NCBI GenBank assembly: GCA_951406725.2
Contig: OX597815.1
Coordinates: 149,854,001-149,918,000, forward strand
Source of the DNA: Octopus vulgaris
Taxonomy: Eukaryota
Reading direction: 5' to 3'
Length of the DNA stretch: 64,000 nucleotides
Made by a program: the position numbers and the translations under genes
The notes under the pieces: model-generated
The model's database searches: none
What the model was told of the DNA's origin: nothing
Seen by the model: the letters and a program-made list of their open reading frames with translations, nothing else
Part shown: piece by piece, positions 53,323 to 64,000 of the stretch
How positions within the stretch are numbered: the stretch's first letter is position 1
Layout: the number at the start of each line of letters is the position of its first letter

Positions 53323-53365
53323 CTTTTCCACGTGTAGTTTTTTTTTTCTTTTTGAAACATATTTC

Positions 53366-53419
<54 letters not shown>

Positions 53420-53601
53420 ATATTTCGGAATGGTCATATTCATAGGTAAGCAGAATTAGCGGTTAGAATAACCATCTAAGGGATAATAGTATCCGTTTTT
53501 CTATCGGTATCATTTACCTGCGCTATGCCCGCACATGAGTATGCAACCGCACTAGTGTACAGGTAATAACAGAATAATGAAGAGTTTATGAGGAGTCAAA
53601 T

Positions 53602-54206
53602 TTAAATAAGCAGAAAATGGAGAAAACTTTTGATGAACAAACAAATTGACCAGCATCGGTTAGTTTCATACAAAATATAACGCAACTTTTCTTACGGCCG
53701 TTTAGGCTGCCTATATCAGTCGGTGCTACACAAAGAAAATTCCGAAAATAATATTCGCTTTATATATTAGATTCATAGCATTTTGTAGTGTAAAATTTGA
53801 AGTCGACAGGCAAAAGAGCGAACATGCAAATAAACTAGATAAATATTTTACGGGCTATCTCTGTATACTTACTGAAATATTCTAGCGAGCAACCGTAATG
53901 GAATTCACCAAAGTCCACACATCTCTACAATTCGTCAGTTATGTTTAAACAAAGGGCAAGTTAAGACAGTTACAGGGGTAGACATAAATAAAGAAGAAAA
54001 TGAACCAGTAAGTAAAAGGTGTAGGGGAGAAAAGTATATCATAAGTAGCGGTGTAGAATGGCATAAGCTGCCTCGTGCCTGACATAGGCAGCTGATACGG
54101 CCGTAAGGAACGTTATGTAATGTTTTGTGTTAAAAAATTATTAACCAAATTTGGTCAATTTGTTTGGCTGTTGATCAAGAGTTTCCTCCATTTTCTGCTT
54201 ATTTAC
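53602..54206. repeat. Inverted repeat, ~120-bp arms, ~350-bp spacer
   Basis: AAATAAGCAGAAAATGGAG / CTCCATTTTCTGCTTATTT; CTTACGGCCGT / ACGGCCGTAAG. Confidence 0.82.
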
Positions 54207-54221
54207 ATTATACACACACAC

Positions 54222-54293
<72 letters not shown>

Positions 54294-55304
54294 TTGTATC
54301 TGGGGACAGTCATTTTCTCTTCTAGTGCCTTATTATTTAACACAATCACCGGTAAAGTTTCTGATAATGAGGATTTTTCCTAAAATTTTCCTGGCGTGTT
54401 GCAATCTTTTCAATATTCATTGACTCTGTCTGTTATCCGAGCTGCGTTCTTTTTCTGGTTGACAACCGAATTGACAGATTTCGTGTATAGCTTGGAGGAG
54501 ATGCATATTTTAATAAAGTGAAGCTGTTGGGATATTTTTTAGACACCAGAACACAGAGTCTTGATAGCTTGGTCAAAGCTTAATTTATTTCGTACTTAGA
54601 TTTGGTTTGTAAGATTTCTATGTGAGTTCGTGTGATGGAGCATATTTTGTTGTCTGGGGAGAATCATTCTCTTTTAGTGCCTTATTATTTCACACACTCA
54701 CCGATATATATATATATATATATATATCGAATGCCAGACACACACACATACACACAACACACACATGCATACACACACACACACACATACACACACACAC
54801 ACCTGCATAACCATTGTCGTCACAGTTTAAGACTTGATCCGTCTTGATTTGTGTGGGCATGTGATTTCCAACTGTCACAGATACTCTTTCGCCCTTCACA
54901 CAATTAAGCCGAACATGGACAACTGAACAAATGGAAGCAGTGAGAATATCAGAGAAAGTCGTATGGTTGTCACTGGTAGGTAAAGAGACTGAGCATAGAG
55001 AAAAGAAGCACTGTGGTGACGAGTAAAAAATATTGACACGTTCAAGAATCGAGCCCATATTTCAGCGTAACCCCGAAACTGAAACATTGCCCACCACATG
55101 AGCAGAAACACACAAGTATACTTATAGAAATATCACACGTATAGTACACACAGGCATATATGCCAATGTATGTAAATGTTACATAAGTGTATATATATGT
55201 ATGTGTGTGTGTGTCTGTGTGTGTGAGTGCGTGTGTGGGGGCATTATGCCTACATACATATGTATATATGTACACACAAATACGTATTTGCATATATATA
55301 AATA

Positions 55305-55351
<47 letters not shown>

Positions 55352-55355
<4 letters not shown>

Positions 55356-58300
55356 GATTTGGCCCCAGCGGCACCAAAAACAAGGGACGCTGTGCTTTTT
55401 TCCATCCTACCTTACGTCGTAGACTTGTTAAGGGCACCTGTCCATATGGTATAACGGGAAAAAACTGCCCTCACCTCCACCACAAATACTGTCCTAAATA
55501 CAGAGTCCATGCTCCTGATCCCAAATATGGATGCACAAAAGGTAATGGATGCACCTTCTTCCATCCTAAACTGTACCAAACTTCTGTGTCACTAAGGATG
55601 TGCCTGAACCCAGAATGCAACCACCACCATCTGAAGGGCACAAAACGATCGCAAAATAAATATAAACAGCAACAGAGATCTTCGACAACAATAAAAACAA
55701 AATACAACCACGTTTCCCCTCCTATAATCAAACAACGAAGGCAGAACCATGAAAAAACCATAACACCAAATAACATAAACATGAAATATGTATCCTCTGA
55801 CTAAGTTGCAAACCAAAGAGGTAACTCTTTTTTACAGACTTACCTAGAAAATATGAAGGCCGACCTAAGCCAGGAGATCCAACAAGCTATCAGCAACAAC
55901 CCATGCAAATCACAAGGACCACACACCCACTACCAACAAGAAAATCACACACACAGCTCCATACAAGAACTACCCACATTGTTATCACTGAACAACATAA
56001 AACACTACTTAGAACAATGCAAACATCAAACTTCCCTTACCTCGACATTCCTGCTAAATGTACGTGGCATCAACCCATCAATTATTGCCCCAAAATGGAA
56101 GATCCCATATATAGAGAGTTGGCTTGCCAAAACAGCACACTGCTTCCCTTTCTTTATCCTTACCGAGACTCACCTGAACAACACCCATATGGACGCAGAG
56201 GTGAAAATAAAAGATTTCACCATTGTTCGTGCGGATCGCACAAACCGAAATAAGGGAGGGACAGCCATCTTTATCCATGACTCCTCTTCACTTGATGCCA
56301 AGGACATATTTTCCAATGGCTATTGTGAATATGTATCACTATTCAGCAAGGCCAAGGACATAATCATTGTTGGTCTTTACAGGCCTCCCCAAGCACCTCT
56401 AAAGTGCTTTAAAGAGTGCCTTAGCAAAGTCAAGTCCTTCCTTCGGAAGTACAACTCCGGAAACATACTAGTGATGGGTGATTTTAACCTCCCTCATGTG
56501 AACTGGCCCACAAATACTCTGAAGTTAGGCAAATGCTCTACATCAGATAGAGCAGCAGCAGAACTGCTCCTTAATCTAATGGATGAATACTTCCTGACTC
56601 AGCTAGTGCTTGAACCAACGAGACAGAATAAAACGATCTTGGATCTGGTATTGACCAATCACTCTAGCTTCGTTCACAGTATTTCAGTTGAAAAATCTCT
56701 CCTCTCAGACCACGACACGGTACTCTGCAATTTTAATTCCCGACATATAAAAGCGAAACCAGCCAATCCCACTCCATGGCACTCATTTGACAACATAAAC
56801 TTCCACAAAGCGGACTGGGGAGCAATCAGAAAGGATCTGTCTTTCCTCGACTGGTCTTTTACTCTCAATTCCACCCATATTGAGACCGCATAGCAGCACT
56901 TTGAAAACATTGTCACCTATGCATGCTCTAAACGCGCTCCCACGAAATCTACTAACACAAACAGAAACCGGCTCCCTAAAAAGAAAAAAACCACTCATCA
57001 GGCACATCAAAAGACTCAACAAAAAAATCAACCAATTAAAATATTCCCACATACAACATCCACATTCAACAACAATGAAAAGGCTAGAGCTGGAAAAACT
57101 TCATCTGCAGAACGACATGAAAACCTCCATTGAAAATCAAAGAGCTGTGGAGGAACAGTGGGTAATCAAAAACATCAAGCAGAACCCAAAAGTGTTCTAT
57201 TCTTATGCAAATAAGCATAGAACCACTGTCTCATCCATTGGGCCATTGATTGATGATAACGGCATTCCCCAATACGATGCTAAAGAAATGGCAGAAATAC
57301 TGCAGAAACAATACTGCTCTGTCTTTAGTGTTCCCACTGATATTGACGTAAGAGAAGCGAACGAAGTTGACTCTCAACATAAAATCTCAGACATAACCTT
57401 CACTGACACTGACATCATAGCAGCAATAAATGAGGTAAAAATACTGCTCTGCTGTAGGCCCTGATAGATTCCTCGCTATTCTCCTCAAGGAATGTAGACA
57501 CCAACTTGCAGTCCCTCTGACCAACCTCTGGAGAAAATCGTTAGACGCAGGTTATATACCGAAACAGTTTCTATCCCAGTCAGTCATCCCGGTTTTCAAA
57601 CAGGGAAACAGATCTCTCGCACTCAACTATCGCCCAATCTCACTCACCTCCCACATCATCAAAGTGTTTGAAAGAGTGTTAAGATCAAGGATAGCTGACT
57701 TCCTAGAGACCCACAAACTCCTAAATGCACATCAGCATGGCTTTCGCTGTGGCAGGGACTGTCTAACAAAGCTCTTACACCACATTGAAGATATACTCAA
57801 AGCCCTGGTAACAGGTTCGAACTCTGATGTCATATACCTTAACTTCAGTAAGGTGTTCGACAGGGTAGACCATAATATCCTACTCTCAAAATTGGCAAAT
57901 GTTGGAATTCGTGGAAAAGTTCTACACTGGACCAAGTATTTCCTGGCGAATAGAACACAGCATGTTGTAGTTGATGGAGTTCACTCAAGCCAAGCAAAAG
58001 TCACTAGCGGTGTCCCCCAGGGGACTGTCTTGGGTCCGCTACTCTTCATAATCTACATAAACGACCTTTCCAGTGTCGTACATTATTTGCTGATGACACT
58101 AAGCTCCAGCAAATCGTCAATGAAGAAGCAGACCGAACTCAACTCCAGTCTGATCTATATGCTGTGAGTCAATGGGCAGACAGAAACAAAATGCAACTGA
58201 ACAGGGAAAATTTGAGCTGATGCATTTTGGAAGAAATTCCTCACTAAAACAGCCATACTCTCTTCCTTCAGGGGAACCGCTCACAGCCTCTAAAAATATC

Positions 58301-59060
58301 AGAGACCTGGGTGTAATTGTTGATGACGATCTCAGTTGGAGTGGTGCACACATCAACAAGAAGGTTGATATAGCTCGTAGGATGAGTTCCTGGATCTTAA
58401 GAACTTTCCGGTCCAGAGAACAAGGTGTCATCATACCACTTTTCTCCTCCTTTGTACGGCCACACCTCGAAAACTGCTGCCCACTGTGGTCTCTCCATAC
58501 AAGTCAAAACATCTCGAGGATTGAATCACCCCCAGAGGGCACTCACTAAACGAATTGAAGGCATGGCTGCTCTCGATTATTGGGATCGCCTTTAAGAATT
58601 GAAACTCAACTCTCTCCAGCGTCGCCGTGAGCGGTACATCATTTGTACGATGTGGAGAATATACCGCCAACTTTGCCCAAAAGACCTGAACATACTTCAA
58701 GGTTCATCCAAGACTGGGACCACGGGCCATACGTCCCATGCCCAATTCAAGATCACAGCACAACATAATTTCTTTTCCTCAACAGGGCCTGCCCTATTTA
58801 ACATTGTCCCGAAAGAGATCAAAGAGGAACAGGATCCCATCAACTTTAAACGGAGTCTGGATAGATTCCTTCAAGGAATACCAGATAAGCCACCCATAAT
58901 TGGATACAACTCACCCAACAAAAACTCACTATTTGTATGGACCATAAACAAAACTTGACTTAAACAGGATTCAAATAATCCTATCAGGTGGTGCTATTAA
59001 GTTAGACATGGCCTGGATCGATCATTGGTCGAAATATATCTAAGTTTTATCTAAGTTTTA
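55352..59060 (+). mobile_element. 5'-truncated degenerate CR1-like LINE (element C), related to B
   Basis: CCCH finger array (55352-55640), APE ORF 55853-56893, RT pieces (QHGFR, YLNFSKVFDRVDH, SGVPQGTVLGPLLF, RPHLENCCPLWS). Several stops and frameshifts. 3' tail TATCTAAGTTT x2. Begins inside (TA)n. Confidence 0.93.
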
Positions 59061-59084
59061 TATGTATGTGTGTGTGTGTGTATT

Positions 59085-59314
59085 CTTTTATTCTTTTACT
59101 TGTTATAGTCATTAGACTGCCGCCATGCTGGAGTACCGGCTATAGTCGAGCAAATCCAACCCAGGTTTTATTATTGGTAAGCCTATACTTAATTTATCAG
59201 TCGGTCTCTTCTCCCGAACCACTGGTTTACGGGGACGTAAACACACCAGCATCGGTTGTCAAGTGATGTTAGGGGGAGAAACACAGATAAACAATCACAG
59301 ACACGCACACATAC

Positions 59315-59366
<52 letters not shown>

Positions 59367-59684
59367 ATGTATATATATGTATATATATGCACATATATAT
59401 ATATATATGTATATATATGTATACATATATATATATATATATATATATATCTTTTACTCTTTTCTTTTTTTAATTGTTTCAGTCATTTGACTGTGTCCAT
59501 GCTGGAGCACCGCCTTTAGTCGAGCAAATCGACCCCAGGACTTACTCTTTGTAAGCTTAGTATTTATTCTATCGATCGCTTTTGCCAAAGCGCTACGTTA
59601 CGGGGACGTAAACACACCACCATCGGTTGTCAAGAGATGTTGGGGAGAACCACAGAAAAACATATACACGCACATATATATTAA

Positions 59685-59740
<56 letters not shown>

Positions 59741-59749
59741 ATATATATG

Positions 59750-59835
<86 letters not shown>

Positions 59836-60001
59836 CACATATCAGACAGGCTTCTTTTAGTTTCCGACTACCAAAGCCACTCACAAGCCTTTGGTCGACC
59901 TGAGGCTATAGTAGAAGACATCTTACCAAGTTGCCACGCAGTGGGACTGATCCGGGAACCGTGTGGTTGGAAGCAAGCTACCACACAGTAACTCCTGCGC
60001 C
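59085..60001 (-). mobile_element. Two SINE family 1 copies (59085-59310 3' part; 59452-60001 full-length with expanded microsatellite)
   Basis: Reverse-complement similarity to 38088-38460. Confidence 0.85.
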
Positions 60002-60025
60002 TATGTGCGTGAGCGTCTGTGGGTG

Positions 60026-60069
<44 letters not shown>

Positions 60070-60537
60070 TATATATGTTTATATATGCATATATATATCT
60101 AGGCTAAAAAAGGCCCTCAATGTTTGTTTTTTTGTCCTGTTTTTATTCTCTATGTGTACTGTATTTTTTTTTATATTTGTAATTTTTATTTGTATTGCTT
60201 TTACGTCCTGTTCTTGTCACATTTTTTTTCTTTCCTTGTTTTTACCCCTCTGCAAGGGAATTTTATTTGATTCCCTCGCAGGAAGGACCGGTCCGACGAG
60301 CGTGTTCTCTCCTTACCTTCGAAACACGCATTGAGTCCAACCGGGGACAGCTGATGAAGGGGAATGTTCCTAGTGTTGTTTATCCTGTGTTCTGTTCTTT
60401 CGTTGTTAGAAAAAGTCCGTTCCCTTGTTTTTATGTTTTCATTTCTCGTTGAGTTCTACGTCTATTTGTGGTGTCCTGTACTCACATATATATATTTTTA
60501 TATGCATGTATATATACATGTAGATGTAGGTACTTAC

Positions 60538-60570
<33 letters not shown>

Positions 60571-60658
60571 TGTATGTATGTATATATGTTATTTATTATA
60601 TTATTGTGTGACTGAGCGCCCTCGCGTCGTTTCGTTTTGTTTCTTTCCTTTCTCCCAG

Positions 60659-60710
<52 letters not shown>

Positions 60711-60741
60711 CATATATATGTATGTATATATGTATGTGTAC

Positions 60742-60796
<55 letters not shown>

Positions 60797-60829
60797 TATG
60801 TATGTATATATGTATGTGTACATATATAT

Positions 60830-60886
<57 letters not shown>

Positions 60887-60891
60887 CATAC

Positions 60892-60941
<50 letters not shown>

Positions 60942-61127
60942 ACACTCATATATATATGCATATACGATTTTGTGCAACATGTGTCTGAATGTGTGGGAAT
61001 AAATATATATTTGCTTATGTGACTGAATATTATAAATATAAACGAACATTCACATAGACACGTACATCCATGAATATGCACATCATGTGAATTTTTACAC
61101 ATGTGTGCGTATGTGCATGCATGTATG

Positions 61128-61183
<56 letters not shown>

Positions 61184-61628
61184 TTTCTATGTGATAAATA
61201 CAAATATTTATACACAAACATTCAGTCATACATAATACATATGAGATTTTAGTTTATTAGAAAACCCTCTCTTGGAAAAGCGACTTTTATTGCAGGTTTT
61301 CAGATTGTATTTACAATGGTTTTATCAATCTAATTTTATCAGGTTGATGTTTATAATATTAATAGTGATCTTATTACATTGTTGGCGGCGTTAGTTTGAT
61401 ACCGGAGTGTTTGCTGTTGTCGTTGATGTTAATGTGCTGGTCCTGCAGTTGTTGCTGTTGTTGTTATTCTTGTTTAGAATCCATTTAATGCATCACTGTA
61501 TCGCCATTATTAATTTTCGGTTATGCATATTCACACTGTTGCGCTTCCTACTTCCTATAGAATAGACAGCTACATGCATGTACTAATTCTAAAAACATAA
61601 TTGTAGTAAAATACGGGACACATGACTC

Positions 61629-61629
<1 letters not shown>

Positions 61630-61686
<57 letters not shown>

Positions 61687-61727
61687 GTTATTATTATTAT
61701 TATTTCTATTATTATTATTATTATTTC

Positions 61728-61800
<73 letters not shown>

Positions 61801-61835
61801 TTGTTGTTGTTGTTGTTGTTGTTGTTGTTATTGCT
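61630..61835. repeat. (TTA)n/(TTG)n microsatellite
   Basis: Direct reading. Confidence 0.95.
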
Positions 61836-62201
61836 GTTGATGTTTATTCTATTTACTTTTTTATTTGTTTCAGTCATTTGATTTCGACCATGATGGAGCA
61901 CCGTCTTTAGTCGAAGTTTATTTATTTTATATTCATTTTTGGCGTCTATATGTTTTCCCAGTTATTTATGTATGCAATTTATTTATTTTAGTATGTGTGC
62001 GTTTCGTATTTGATTTGAAGGTGGTGAGGAAAGCATTATTTGTATGACGACTTTATTATATTTTTCACCCGTTCCGCGAGGGACTTGCAATGAAATTGCC
62101 TGCTGTGTAATATATTCCTGTCGTGCCGTGTATGTAATATGTACATATATCTATACACACGCACACGCACACACCACATATGCGCACACACACCTACACT
62201 C

Positions 62202-62241
<40 letters not shown>

Positions 62242-62483
62242 GGGGAGAGAGAGAGAGAGAGTGAGAGATATATAGATATAGCTATACTCATATACATACT
62301 ATTATATGTCTGTATGTATATGTAAACATATTTATTTATATATACATACATATATAAATAATGTATATATATGTATATATGTACTATATGGATATAATAT
62401 ATATATATATATATATTATATACATAGAGAGATAGATAGATAGATAGATAGTTATATTTATATACATATCATATGTCTGTATG

Positions 62484-62524
<41 letters not shown>

Positions 62525-62611
62525 TAAATGAAAGAATGGAGTCGAACGAAGATGTTAACAAAATTCCTTTACTCTGCTGACGATAAACATAGGATAATTC
62601 ATTCACCTACT

Positions 62612-62651
<40 letters not shown>

Positions 62652-62848
62652 CATATATATACATATATATATACATATATATATATACACATACATATGT
62701 ATATATGTGTATATATATATATTTAATTTTTTTTTGTGTGTGTATACTTTTTCTAAAGTGACTGTATAGTCGTATATTTATCATGTTTATATTCAATTCC
62801 GTTTTATATAAAATTATATATTATATATAAAAACAGCACACACACGCC

Positions 62849-62890
<42 letters not shown>

Positions 62891-63089
62891 CTCTCTACCT
62901 TTTCACATACCCGTTTTATAATCTATTTCTGTACGTTTGTTTTCTTCAATAGGATTTAATGCATATACACATCAATAGGATCTAACATATATGAATTTAT
63001 ACACAATATACATAACGTTTTTCTGACTAATGCTACTTTATGACACACTGTAATGAGTATGGTTAATGCAATACTAATACTAATGCCAA

Positions 63090-63382
<293 letters not shown>

Positions 63383-63806
63383 TTTAGTACAATGATGATG
63401 AAGAAGGGGAGGATAATGATGCGAACGGTGACGACGATGATGATGATAACCACAAAAAAGGACATTGCATATGTGTGTGTGTTTATATACACATGTACGT
63501 TAATATATATACAAAGTATCCCAACTCTAGTAACGTACACACACACTGACACATATAAACAGGCATACTCATACGGATATGAGTGTTTATGTATATGTAT
63601 GAAGTGAGAGAAAGAGAGAGAGAGAGAAACAGGGTGCGAGAGAATGTATTGGTAACTATCTGTTAGGCAATATTTAAATAGTCACATCCACATAAGCATA
63701 CAGTTACACAGGCATACGTTCATATTACTTGTCCCTCCATTTAAAACGAACGTATGTATGTAATCTATTCATGCATGTGTATATATGAATGCATGTGATT
63801 CTAATG

Positions 63807-63853
<47 letters not shown>

Positions 63854-63940
63854 CGTTTATGTATTTCTATATATATATATATATGTTTATGTATTTCTCT
63901 GTCTATATATATATCTGTGTATGTGTACGTAAATGTATAT

Positions 63941-64000
<60 letters not shown>

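Noticed and set aside
54295-54705. ~60-bp direct repeat (54295-54352 / 54648-54703) as LTR-like ends
   Set aside because: The similarity is real but short, with no TG..CA ends, primer-binding site or coding motif; left unclassified.

Overview
AT-rich eukaryotic intronic or intergenic DNA, saturated with microsatellites. The SINE families look like those of octopus/coleoid cephalopods (inference from recognition, not a search). I could not support any host protein-coding gene; nearly all short ORFs are translations of (TA)n, (TG)n, (TATG)n, (TATC)n or (TAA)n. The real content is mobile DNA. (1) Three long CR1-like non-LTR retrotransposons (11111-15060 -, 45150-49510 -, 55352-59060 +), plus fragments. 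Their ORF1 carries CCCH zinc fingers, preceded by a Myb/SANT-like domain in the two 5'-complete copies. A TCTTTTT(T)A motif is conserved at the ORF1/ORF2 junction. The 45 kb copy has only one nonsense codon in ORF2. (2) At least three tRNA-derived SINE families, one sharing its 3' hairpin tail with the 11 kb LINE. (3) Relics of Tc1/mariner, MULE-like and Tx1-like elements. (4) The most striking signal: about ten long non-coding inverted repeats, including a perfect 195-bp palindrome, and a dozen or more minimal type-I hammerhead-ribozyme-shaped motifs of the Penelope type. Several motifs lie inside those inverted repeats and several share a CCGANGA core variant. All structures were parsed by eye and need computational or experimental confirmation.
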